A stretch of 63,215 nucleotides of DNA, the filler included, from Octopus bimaculoides (lineage: Eukaryota), in NCBI RefSeq assembly GCF_001194135.2. It is 4 parts of 4 records of this genome, joined end to end, with 100 filler letters (N's around TTAATTAATTAA, not from the genome) between each part and the next. Parts side by side here need not be neighbours in the genome. Positions count along the whole stretch, not along the records: positions 1 to 30,907 come from NC_068986.1; 3 more parts are not named here. The stretch is one strand, 5' to 3'. The notes beneath the pieces are model-generated. The model saw only the letters and a list, made by a program, of their open reading frames with translations. It searched no databases and had not been told where the DNA came from. Shown piece by piece: positions 1-12,166 of the stretch (its first letter is position 1; each line of letters begins with the position of its first letter). The position numbers and the translations under genes are program-made.

Positions 1-388
1 TAGGGCAAGGTCATCAGCATAGAGGAGCTCCCAGGGGCAACCTGTCTTGAACTCCTCTGTGATTGCCTGGAGGACTATGATAAATAAGAGGGGGCTGAGG
101 ACGGAACCTTGGTGGACCCCTACCTCTACCCGGAATTCATTGCTGTACTCATTTCCAACCCTCACCTTACTGGCAGCATCTCTGTACATGGCTCGCACAG
201 CTCTCACTAACCATTCTTCTATCCCAAGTTTCCTCATTGACCACCAGATAAGGGTTCGGGGGACCCTGTCAAATGCTTTCTCCATGTCAACGAAAGCCAG
301 GTACAGAGGTTTATCCTTAGCTAGGTATTTCTCCTGCAACTGTCTCACTAGAAATAAGGCATCAGTAGTGCTTTTACCTGGCACAAAC
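1..388 (-). mobile_element. RTE-clade LINE reverse transcriptase fragment (runs off left edge of window)
   Basis: Minus strand reads FVPGKSTTDALFLVRQLQEKY...AFVDMEKAFDRVPR...GVHQGSVLSPLLF...ELLYADDLAL (RT core with YADD). The + ORF 47-421 is its antisense shadow. Confidence 0.92.
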
Positions 389-433
389 CATATATATATA
401 TATATCCACGTATTTACTTAGATACATATATCA

Positions 434-773
434 TAGCCATTGATCGTTACCAACGTCACCTCCCTGGCACGTGAAGGGACATTCGAGCGAGATCGTTGCC
501 AGTGCCGATGGACTGGCTCCTGTGCAGGTGGCACGTAAAATACACCATTTCGAGCGTGGCCGTCGCCAGTACCGCCTGACTGGCCCTCGTGCCGGTGGCA
601 TGTAAAAGCACCCACTACACTCTCGGAGTGGTTGGCGTTAGGAAGGGCATCCAGCTGTAGAAACTCTGCCAAATCAGATTGGAGCCTGGTGTCGCCTCCC
701 GGTCCACCAGTCCTCAGTCAAATCGTCCAACCCATACTAGCATGGAAAGCAGGCGTTAAACGACGATGATGAT
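434..773 (+). mobile_element. Non-autonomous retroposon with RTE-like 3' end and (GAT)n tail
   Basis: Ends ...gttaggaagggcatccagctgtagaaac...catggaaagcaggcgttaaacgacgatgatgat. Near-identical copies lie at 54825-55100 and 55866-56143 in the opposite orientation. Confidence 0.85.
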
Positions 774-2160
774 ATATACATACATACATATATATATATC
801 ATTTAAGTATGGTATGTTATATACCTTTCATTGTCACATATGTAAGTATGCATGATATATGTATTAGCTGTTAAGATAATGCAAACTTATCTAGCTTTGT
901 ATCTAATAAATTAATATATATGAGCTACTTTCTCCAGTTTCCAACACCAAATTTCTCTCTCTCTCTATCATCATCATTTTAACATCCACTTGTCCATTCT
1001 TGCAAGGGGGTGGGGAGTCAAACAAAATTCATGGAGGCACATTTTCTATGGCCAGATGCCCCTCTTGTCACAGACTCATTTGTTTCCTAGATATCTTTTA
1101 ATGGAAGATTAAAAATGAATATCTCTTATATGGTATTGACATGTTTTCAAAAATTACACGTGACGTCAAGGCGGGGAGGTAAGCACACACACACACATCA
1201 GTTTGCGTTTATAAATTTACTCTCAGGACTTAGGTTAGCCCGAGGTAATAGAAGACACTTGTCTTAAAGTTCCACGCAGTGGGACTGAACCCGAAACTAC
1301 ATGGTTAGGAAACGTGCGCGCACACACATACAAACTCATACCTACCTACATACAGACACACACTCTCTATTAGCAAAAGATCTTGAAATAAAGCTAAATG
1401 ACATACATACACACACGCACACAAAAGCGCGCGCACGCACGACCATTCTAGGCCATTGCCATCAAGGTCATATTTAATGAGTTTACTGTATACAGTGCTA
1501 AGAGCCCTATTATTTTAGTTATCTTTACTTATCGAACCCGTCAAATTATACATCCCTTCTTATCTGTGTGTGTGTATTAAAAAGATGAAACTCTACTGTT
1601 CCTGCTGTTTGGTGGTTTCGTTTTGTTTTGGAAATATTTATCTCAGACTACCCTGTTTAATATTGGCTTGTATTGTAAGAGATGGTATGACGGGGCCCGA
1701 AAGTGCTTTGGTTGTTATTTCTAGACGATACAACCACGTAGACCTCGATCACTTCAGCAACAAACAAGCCGCACGTTGTAATGCTTGTGTTATGTTGTGG
1801 TGTGGTATGCGCGTGCGAGAGTGCTTTCTCCTCCTCCTCCCTCCCTCTCCGTGTTATTGTGTGGTGGAGTACGTGCGTGTGCGCGTACGTTTTTTTTTCT
1901 TTTTTCTAAGTCATGTTAATGTTATTTTGTTGTTTAGCAGCCAGCCTCAATTCTCGCAGGCCTATGATCATAGACGTTCCTATGACCATCCTGTTTTATT
2001 TTTAGTTGAGCCACGTAGCTGCTATTTTTAGTGCAGGCTGAGGTTTCCCCGTGGCTGATTTCTGTGTTATTCAGTTGAAACAGCAAGTAAACAATGGGAG
2101 AGATGTGGGGACTGATATAAACAAACACTATCCCAGATAAATTTATTCATTAATATTCCA

Positions 2161-2259
2161 AGAAAATGTTTATCCTGTTAAGTATTCCTCCTTCATAAAT
2201 TTTAATGAATAGAAAATGTTTATCCTGTTAGTATTCCTCTTTTATAAATTTTAATGAAT
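2161..2259. repeat. Tandem duplication of a ~50-bp unit (2 copies)
   Basis: agaaaatgtttatcctgtta(a)gtattcct...ataaattttaatgaat at 2161-2210 and 2211-2259. Confidence 0.9.
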
Positions 2260-2867
2260 TATAAAAGTTAGAACCCAAGAAATACAAAAACGTAAAAATG
2301 TCAGGTATACGTGGCAGACCAACAATGAGAAAACAAGAAATGGAAAGGATTTAATGGGGGATTGTAGCCTAATTTTATTTTTACTACTGAATAAATATAC
2401 CCACTAAAATATTAGTTTTGTTCCCCAAAGTATATTTTCCGTGCGCGCACACAATTTCAATAACACGAATGCAATCATCTATATATATATAATATAAATA
2501 TATATTCTTTAACTTGTTTGTTATTTGACTGCGGCCATGCTGGAGCACCGTCTTACATTATAAATGTAGATTATATATATTTATATTATATTTATTGTGT
2601 ACAGTATATGATACATATATAACATAGATTATATATATTTTCGTTTTATGTCCAGTTATATATAATAAAAACAGTTTTACATTAATCTGATGGGGTACTC
2701 TATACTTCTGGAGAGTACAAATTTCTTATTCTTTTTAAACAAGAATGCTGAGAGTGACTTCGAAGTTTCAGCCAGCTAAGCCATATATATGTATAAACAT
2801 AGAATATACATACATACACACACACATATATATATACTTATATGTATATATATATAATATATACTTA

Positions 2868-2928
<61 letters not shown>

Positions 2929-4036
2929 ATGTGTGTGTGTGTATATATATATATATTAGAAACAGTACATAAATATATACATACACACATACGCACGCGC
3001 ACTATTCACACAGATAGACACGTGTGTGTGTGTGTGTTTACATTTATGTATTAAATAGCAAGGGAGACATCCTTTGTTGACATTAAAAAAATTGTTCAAT
3101 GTTACAAACAAAAGAAGTATGGAGCTAAAATATAACTAGAAAAACAGAATATTACCACTTTATTAGAATGCATTTTTCCTCATGATAATTATGTATATTA
3201 ATTTGATTAAAATAAAGATATATTCACAATGGGCCAACTGTAAAGTCTTTTATATAGGCCAAACCCGTGCCAATAAACCACTGGTGAATTATAATATTGA
3301 ATAATCTTAGCTCCCAAGTTAATACTGTTTTAAAACACCCTACCATGACCATCCCGCCTTTATTTCTTATATATTCAGTGAATGTGGCACTATATTTATC
3401 CAATATATATNNNNNNNNNNNNNNNNNNNNNNNNNNNNNNNNNNNNNNNNNNNNNNNNNNNNNNNNNNNNNNNNNNNNNNNNNNNNNNNNNNNNNNNNNN
3501 NNNNNNNNNNNNNNNNNNNNNATATTTGACAGACCTCGATCTAAGGAGCTCTGACCCTTTGTTATTTTCTTTTATAATATATACTATAATTATATTTATT
3601 TTACCTTTTGAAAGATAGTAGATAGCCTGTAAATAGGATATTTGGTTGCTATTTTCTGTAATATGATCGGCCACGTAGTATTATGATTTTTGTTCTGTTT
3701 AAGTACATAATAACTCTTATAAAACTGAATTTATTATCAAGTGAAGAAAATAAACAAAGCCAAGAAAAATGATAAAAGTAAATATTTGCTGCCAACTGAG
3801 TGTCCAGAACTTTGGAAAACTTTAAAAGAAAAAGATTAATAGAATCTTTATTTTCCAAACTCTTCACACAGCTCTAATAAATAAACAAATCTGATTGTGG
3901 AAGGAAACTTTCAACACCTTTTATAACTTATATAGCTGTATAATTTTGTTCCAACTTTAAAAATATATACATATGCAACCAATACCTTCTTCTTAAGATT
4001 TCTTTATCTTAGAATACATCGACTTTCTTGTTTGAG

Positions 4037-4072
<36 letters not shown>

Positions 4073-4601
4073 AGATGCGTATATATGAATATAGCACTCA
4101 CATATATGTGTGTGTGCGCACACACCAATCTTTGCTAACTTTTTCTTTCTTTGAGAATTCTTTTCAACCACGAATATCAACTGTGTAACATATGTACTGT
4201 GTAATATATGTATAAAAAACTAAAATATACGAGCATATTTTGCCACTAGATTTATTTTTCGGTATCGAAATTGTACACACATATATACACAGTCTGATTA
4301 CGGTAGCCAGGGAAACTTCGAAGTCACAGTCCCCTTGCAATTTAATGGGAATAAAATTAGATTATTTGTATTGAATCAGTTTTTCTTTTCTTTTTAGCCT
4401 TTATGATATCTATGTATATGTGCGTGCGTGTGAGAGTTTCATAGTTTTGTATAATATATATATATGTAGGTGTACACAAAACTACGAAACTATAACTAAT
4501 TCTTATTTTTTGTTCTCTGTATAATTCAGAGAGCTACATAAAGAGTTTGGAAAATAAATAAAAAACCCAAAACAGTGAAATAAAATATACTGAAAGGATT
4601 A

Positions 4602-4639
<38 letters not shown>

Positions 4640-4860
4640 NNNNNNNNNNNNNNNNNNNNNNNNNNNNNNNNNNNNNNNNNNNNNNNNNNNNNNNNNNNNN
4701 NNNNNNNNNNNNNNNNNNNNNNNNNNNNNNNNNNNNNNNNNNNNNNNNNNNNNNNNNNNNNNNNNNNNNNNNNNNNNNNNNNNNNNNNNNNNNNNNNNNN
4801 NNNNNNNNNNNNNNNNNNNNNNNNNNNNNNNNNNNNNNNNNNNNNNNNNNNNNNNNNNNN

Positions 4861-4915
<55 letters not shown>

Positions 4916-5798
4916 ACTCCCCCCTTTCATCCTCTCCGGCACTGATTAAAAAGTACCAAGTACTGAGAAGTGAGTTAATTTTATTCCTTATGAAATTATT
5001 TCTAATGGAGTTTTAGTTTCCGAACAAACATACATATGCACAAGAATAGAGGAAAGAACTAAATCTAAGTTTGCTATTTATGAAACTACATTTTAAAAAA
5101 AACAACGAAACTAATAAGAATTCTTTGAACACAAACCAGCTGTAATATATTATATTTATATTAGACGGTATAAATATAAATATATATATACATGTATATA
5201 TTTTCATCAAATGTACGGAATTAATTTAACATCACCGGTGCAGCTTTTTTGTTTTTTTTGTCGAAACTGAGAAAAACAAATAAAAGATAGAATTTTGAGA
5301 GAAAAGAGCCAATATGGCTGACAAGACGGTAGCAACAATAAAAATTACATACTAAATACAGTCTGGTATGTATGTGGTGGGGGAATATATCTTTCTGTGT
5401 GTGTGGGTGTAAGTAGTTAGATATGAGAGTATCACCATAGATGTATGCATGTGGCTGCGTATGTCATGGGGGAGGGGAAGAATAGAAGGGAGGGACATGG
5501 ATGCGTGCGTATCTTCGTGATTGCATATATGTGTATGATGGGGGGAGGGAAGGGTGCGTAAAGTGATGTATGCGCGTATCATCGTGCAAGTATCTAGGTG
5601 TTTGTATGTATGTGCGCATGATGTGTATACATTGATGTATGTATATATGTGTGTGTGTGTGTCGTGTGCTTCGCCGTATGCAAATGTATGTAACATGAGT
5701 GTTGTTGTGTACGTAGGGAAATCTGTGTCATAACATTGACTGCTGAGTTAACAACCATATATGGTATGAAAATGGGGGGAGAGGGTGAATAGCCGAAT

Positions 5799-5856
5799 CT
5801 GATTGGATAGCTAGACAAAATCGTCATCGTTTTATGACGTCAGTTCCCTTATATTA
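5799..5856 (+). promoter_or_regulatory. Proximal promoter of the BTG-like gene: inverted CCAAT box, half-CRE, full CRE, TATA-like element
   Basis: CTGATTGG 5799-5806, CGTCA 5822-5826, TGACGTCA 5835-5842, TTATAT 5849-5854. Followed by ~500 nt with no ATG (5837-6337), as expected for a 5' UTR. Confidence 0.7.
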
Positions 5857-6354
5857 TTGCTCGTCCTACTCCTCTGTCGTTTGGCGTTAGTTGTGTTCCT
5901 GTTGTTGATTTATACGTCCATTACGCTTCTGCAGTTCTCTCTCTTACTACCTTACTGGCTACCAAACAAAGAACCACTTTTTACAGCTCTCAAAGAAAAC
6001 CAAGAAAAAACAAAAAAGCCCACCAAAGTATATATATATACCAAAACAGACTGTTGTTGGATAGAGAACAAAATTGATTCTTTTTCCCCCCTATTTGTCT
6101 GTTATCTTCACGCAAGAAAATCTACGTTTTTTTTTCTTTTCTTCGGAAGCGTAAACTTAAGCCAACTATTTTAGAAAAAAGCCAGAAAGTTCTTTATATT
6201 TCTATCAGTATTCAACTGAACCTCTACCGAAACAGCACCAAGGAAAAGAAAACCAATAATTATATAATTTAATTTTTTTTTTAAATTGCTTCTGCGTTGT
6301 GCTGATCCCTTCTTTTGACTTGAAGTTCCATCTCTGAATGTTTTTGTCAGCAAG

Positions 6355-6993
6355 ATGATGAACGAAGTAGCAAGCGCTACCGAATTTCTGTCCAGTATTC
6401 TCAGGACCCACTCCATATGTTCGGAGAAGACAGATTTATTCAAATGTTACCTACAGTCCCTTCTTCTGAGTCACTATAGAGATCATTGGTTCCCGGAGAA
6501 ACCCAACAAAGGCAGTGGCTACCGATGCCTCCGGATGAATCACAAAATGGATCCTCTGATTAAAGTAGCTGGCGAGAGGTGCGGATTTACAGAGGAAGAA
6601 ATCTTCACATTCTTCCCTCGTGAATTGACTGTGTGGATAGATCCACTGGACGTTTCTTACAGAATCGGTGAAAACGGCAGCATAGGAATACTTTACCGGG
6701 GCACAAGTTCCAGTAGTTTGGACTCTTGTAGCTCGCCCGGCAACAACAACACTACGTACACTTCTAACTTCTCTTCCTCCATCTCCAACAGTTCCATCAT
6801 CACACCGAGACCAAACAATAACACCAACAACAACAACACCACTACCAATCTCACCATCTCCTCCTCACCATCAACATCTCAGTCAGAGTCTAAAGGGACT
6901 GCCCTACTTTCCTCTTGTAAGGATCAATTTATCAATTCCTTACCCATTAACGGAGATTCAATGAAACACTTGGCCACTTGTGTATTTAGTTAA
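6355..6993 (+). CDS. BTG1: BTG1/BTG2-like antiproliferative protein (BTG/Tob, APRO family; CAF1/CNOT7 deadenylase cofactor), 212 aa, single coding exon
   Basis: Box A HYRDHWFPEKPNKGSGYRC, Box B FPRELTVWIDPLDVSYRIGE, Box C-like NGSIGILY and C-terminal SCK motif match vertebrate BTG1/2 collinearly. No Tob-type long PAM2 tail. Orthology to BTG1 versus BTG2 cannot be resolved, so the symbol indicates subfamily only. Confidence 0.95.
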   Translation: MMNEVASATEFLSSILRTHSICSEKTDLFKCYLQSLLLSHYRDHWFPEKPNKGSGYRCLRMNHKMDPLIKVAGERCGFTEEEIFTFFPRELTVWIDPLDVSYRIGENGSIGILYRGTSSSSLDSCSSPGNNNTTYTSNFSSSISNSSIITPRPNNNTNNNNTTTNLTISSSPSTSQSESKGTALLSSCKDQFINSLPINGDSMKHLATCVFS

Positions 6994-7815
6994 ATCTCCT
7001 TCCATAAAAGAAAAAAAAAATAATTTTTTTTAAAAGAAAGCTGGAAGAAAAAACTACTTCCCAACTTTTTTTAGAAAAAAAAAATTTACCAACAAAAAAA
7101 ATTTTACATTTGTACATACGACGGATCTCTTGACTTGTTTTCGTTTCACGGACTCTGAATTAATTGGATGATGGTTATTTCAAGCTTTTGAGATATATAA
7201 TAATCTATTATATTAANNNNNNNNNNNNNNNNNNNNNNNNNNNNNNNNNNNNNNNNNNNNNNNNNNNNNNNNNNNNNNNNNNNNNNNNNNNNNNNNNNNN
7301 NNNNNNNNNNNNNNNNNNNNNNNNNNNNNNNNNNNNNNNNNNNNNNNNNNNNNNNNNNNNNNNNNNNNNNNNNNNNNNNNNNNNNNNNNNNNNNNNNNNN
7401 NNNNNNNNNNNNNNNNNNNNNNNNNNNNNNNNNNNNNNNNNNNNNNNNNNNNNNNNNNNNNNNNNNNNNNNNNNNNNNNNNNNNNNNNNNNNNNNNNNNN
7501 NNNNNNNNNNNNNNNNNNNNNNNNNNNNNNNNNNNNNNNNNNNNNNNNNNNNNNNNNNNNNNNNNNNNNNNNNNNNNNNNNNNNNNNNNNNNTCAATCCA
7601 TTGATAAATTTTTTTCAAAAAGTCTTTCATGAAATCATCCTGACCTCCTCTGCATTCAATTTAGTCTTTTTAAAGTGTCTGTACGAGATGCCAATTGCAG
7701 AAACTTTTATTTTATATAATTTTTTTTTTTTTAGTAAAAATGAAAAAACAAAAAAGAGAATTGCAATAAAATTGTAATGAATTTAAAATGTTTCTTTTTA
7801 ATTTATATTTTTGTT
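6994..7815 (+). promoter_or_regulatory. Probable BTG 3' UTR with AU-rich elements, Pumilio site and poly(A) signal
   Basis: Several ATTTA pentamers (e.g. 7084, 7801), TGTACATA 7111-7118, AATAAA 7765-7770 followed by a T-rich stretch ~7791-7815. Partly hidden by the N gap 7217-7591. Confidence 0.55.
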
Positions 7816-10800
7816 TGGGAGATTTATATATATCTTCAATTGTGGTTAGATTTAATACCTAACTTTAAACTTGACCACGTTTTTTGGTTAAAATTAATGA
7901 TAGGTAGAACTAAATTGTCACTTTCTCTTGTTAATAACCATCAATATGGTATGTATATACTTTTTTTTTATCACCTTTTTCTTTTGTCTTACTAAACTGA
8001 TATATGCTTTACTAAAGAAAACAAATCTCTCGTAGTGGTTGGACAGTTTCGCTATTTTAATCACTTCAACGATGAAACTTACGATTTCTTTTTTGCCCGA
8101 AGAGTTAAATGTCATCTAAAAATTCTCGACTTCAATCAAGCGAACCAGAAAACTGTTTCCCATTCATTCATTTTCAATTCCCTGTATAGGAATATTTAAA
8201 ATTATAGGGGTTTTTCCATACTCCCGTCACTATACCGAAATCAATATTTGTCTTAGAGTGCTCTTACAAAGTTAAATCTTTCCCCCATTTCCTGCAGATG
8301 GAATTAATATTATTGAAATATTTTCTTGGCTTCCTCTCGTAATAGCAGCAGCGTCAGGGTAGATGACTAAATATCGAAATATGACAATCGACCGTGGTTG
8401 CCATGTAATATAAAGAAACAAATTCCTCTCCCCTAACAAGCAAGGAATAATGACAGCTATTTTTGGATCTCTCTCTCTCTCTTGCTACTATCTACTCACT
8501 TAGTCATAATATATATATATATGATAGTTATTACACATACAGTGACTGATTAATTAGTGTACAAATTTTATTTTTGAAGTCGGTTATTTTAATATCCCAT
8601 CTCATAAGAGCGGTTGGGGGGGAAAAAAAGCAGTGTCCTCATGGCATTTGAACTCGCGGCGACTAGACAGCGAGATCGATCGTCTTAAACTATTTATTGA
8701 AGCTTTTTATTATTGAATGTCAAAGTTAATTTTAAATGGTGATACGTAACTTATTTTTGGAAGTCCATTTGTACGCATAATCTTTTGACAATGTTTTTAT
8801 TTTTCTAATTATTTGGTACGCTAAATAATTAGCTAAACTTTAGAATTTAGCTTTGAGATGCCAGTGTTCTGATCACCGATAACTTTTCTGATCTAGCATT
8901 GGAAGTTAAAAACTCAACAAAATTTGGAGTTAACTCGATCTGTTTCCTATGGAGCCAAAAATAGCAATCAGTTGGTTTAGATTTCGTAATTATTGGCGGG
9001 ATCATCTGTCCGTTTGTCTTTTCCCTCCTTCGCTTGAAGCCTCCTGGTAAACTTCGGTAAACAAAAGTCCGCCTTTTATTTTACTGGTAATTCATTAGAA
9101 ATGTATACAAACTCACACGCACACACACCGGTACCGTATACAATACGTGCGCGCACACACACATATACACGCACTGACTGACTGGAAGTGTATGTAACAG
9201 TTTGGCTGTCATCGTGGTGGTGGTGGTTGAGGGGGCGACGTCCTCCTCCGCCGCCGTCTCTATTGTGGAAACTTGGCCAACAACTACTGAACAGGAGATT
9301 AACAGATGTTTACAAACACAAAGGAAATGTCAATAGTACCATGGAATAGTTAGGCTTTGCTTATTTATTTTTTCGGTACTTTTAATTTTGTTTCGTCAAT
9401 GAAATTGGTTGATGCAGAGCTGAAAAAATGTATTTAAAGATTTTGCGCAAAATGGATTATTTTGGTTATTTTGCTATACAAAATTTTAATTTGAATCCTT
9501 TCTTTCGGGTCTACTGTATTGTGTTGAAGATAGACATATGTACTGACAATTACCCAATATTCTTACTGTGATGCATTATGATTTTAGTCATTTTGAAATT
9601 GTTTGAAAGTTTTCTTAGACACCTAGTCACCGACTTTTATTAACTGTTTAGCGTGCTAATTAATCATATTACTTTCGTCTACTTATAACTTTATCTGAAT
9701 TAGTCTCTCATGATTTACCCGGTTTAATATAAACGAATTTAACATATGTAAAACTAGTTTTATTTCGTCACCTGATGTTTATTTATAACTGATCTTAATG
9801 TGTACGTGGCTAGAATTTTTTTCTCGAATCTGAATTGCCATCTAAATTGAGAAAATAGAATCATTTCGTATTTTTAGTTGGGCTCCATGAATTAAAACTG
9901 ATGGCTTTATCTCCTACTTTGAATTTGTAGGTTGTTCAAGTGAAATACTTCAATTTCATCTTCAGTAGCGAGATATTCAGTCTAAATTTTAATTAGTAAT
10001 TTGACTTGACAATCTTGCTGACTAACAACATATTGCTTTTTTGTGGGTATAGCATTAACAAAGCGACATGCTTTCGCATCTTCATCTTTGACGGAGGCAC
10101 TTTAATTATTGATCTACTATTCGTATATTGGCTTAATTGGAATTTTGGAGTATTAAGCGTAAAAATTAACTTTTTTTTTTTTTTTTAAACGTCGCAAATT
10201 AGAATTTACTAATAGCCTAGGGTTAATTTTAACGAACGATGATAGTGCTTGGACACTAGCTTCAACGACATTTTATATTTATTGCTTAAAATAAATTTTC
10301 ACTCTTGAACATAATGTAAGAAGTACATGACCTGTATGAAAAAATCGTATTGGAAATTTTTCTTTGACAGTACTTAGCTGTTTACAATATATTGAAAATC
10401 AAGTGAATTTACAAGAAGCTTTTTTTAATAGAAACAGCATTAAATCGCTCGGTGATTACTGATTATTAATTACATTAAAAAGTGGGGGTGGGGTTCCATC
10501 CTACACACTAATTTCTACGAGAATTTTGGTAGTTTTTCTTTCATATTCTAATTACCATCTTTATAGCATCTGGCTGCTATTGGTCTATATTCGTTCATAA
10601 AATGAGGCAAATACAATTTGGACTGCATTGTTTTCATGGGAAAAAAAAATGCCCGCTGCAGGGCTTTGTTTTTAATTGATAAATGCCGAGATCAAAAACA
10701 GCTGTTTAGCTGAGTTGGCAAGATTATTAAAGGAACAAAAAAAAGTGCTGTCACATCATTGCTTGACCGAGTACAAACAGTCAAATCTCCATCTCAGCCC

Positions 10801-12166
10801 ATTGTTAAAAAAAATCAAAGTTAGCCTGGACAGCAATAAAATTTTAGCGTGTGTAATTAATTACTGGAAGTACATTATTTTGTAACCAGAAATTTTCGAC
10901 TATGAAAACAGTGAAGCTTAGACAAATGATCCACTAATATTGTAATACGGGACTTCTAGCATTGGCCACACAACAAATTTATTTGCAAAATAGGTAAAAT
11001 GAATTAAATTAACTTTGTTTTATATATACATGAAACTTATTTTACCAACCCCACCTTCCAACCTAATGAGGTTGTCACAGTCGTTAAACCAAATATTCCT
11101 TGAATACTATCCTACCAGCTTAATGGATCATGTAAATGTAAGTTTGATTCCTGGTTCAGTCATCTTTCTACAGTTTCCAACTAAGTCAATAGAAGGACTC
11201 TCACATTATCCTGACATGGTTTGAGATTATATATTTCATTTTATACTGAGAAGAAATTGAAATTTGTTTCTATAAATTTTTTTTAGGTCTCTTGTCCAAG
11301 ATTTGATCTTGGTATTGTAAACTACCAAAGCTACTTGGTCACTTTCAAGTTGAATTCTCATTTTTTACCCTTTAATCTGTACCCTTCACCCTTGCACTTG
11401 TGGTTTACCGACTGGATTTGGATTCAATGTGCAGAAAGGACAACTAAATATTGCAAGGTATTAAAAGTTTGATTTTTACTTTTCTACTAACATGCAGTAT
11501 TAACTGAATAAAGTATCAGTCCTTTGACTACACTGTCCTGAGTTCATATCCTGTTGGCATTTCCTTAGAGAAAGCACTAAATCTCTAACTTCCATTTTAA
11601 TTTAGTACTTTTAGAGCAGAATTGGGTGGGGGGATGAAACCCTGGTTAAGTGCAAAGTAATTTAAAAGTTGAGCAGCTTGATTAGTTGACTTTGTACTAG
11701 GATCAATTCTTGGTGAAGAAGACTTACGAAAAATTTAAATTTCTTTCAGTATAAAATATTCTCTCCTATAGCCTGAAAATGTGTCAGCAAGCAGAATGTG
11801 CCTTCATAAATATTGACTGGAAGTTGAAGAAAAAAGGCCAACAAAACAGAATTGACTTGGGATTGAAACTCCATTTTTAACCTAAATAGACTGCAGTTTG
11901 AAGTGACTGTAGAAGCTTCAGTCAGCACAGTGTGATGTAACAAAGGCTGTCACCCCCACACTCTAAGGTTTCAACCACAATATATTGTATAGCTTGTGAT
12001 AGGATTGCTTATATGGGTGGAGACTACTCATCATAAGATACTCAGTTTGCAAAGAACATCATCATTTTATTGCATTCACACAATTTTGCAATAGAATTCT
12101 AGAATTTTTATTTTCTGAATTCTTGAACAAAGCAAAAAAAAGTCGTGTTGCTGTTTAATCCATAAA

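Noticed and set aside
47-421. 124-aa + strand ORF
   Set aside because: Antisense shadow of the RTE reverse transcriptase on the minus strand.
418-672. MAEFLQLDALPNANHSESVVGAF ORF (also 55975-56187)
   Set aside because: Recurrent shadow ORF of a high-copy retroposon, not a gene.
1570-2031. 153-aa ORF
   Set aside because: Starts at GTG after a (TG)n tract, runs through simple repeats and poly-T, and has no recognisable domain.
5857-6174. 105-aa hydrophobic ORF upstream of BTG
   Set aside because: TTG start, lies in the predicted 5' UTR, composition driven by T/A runs.
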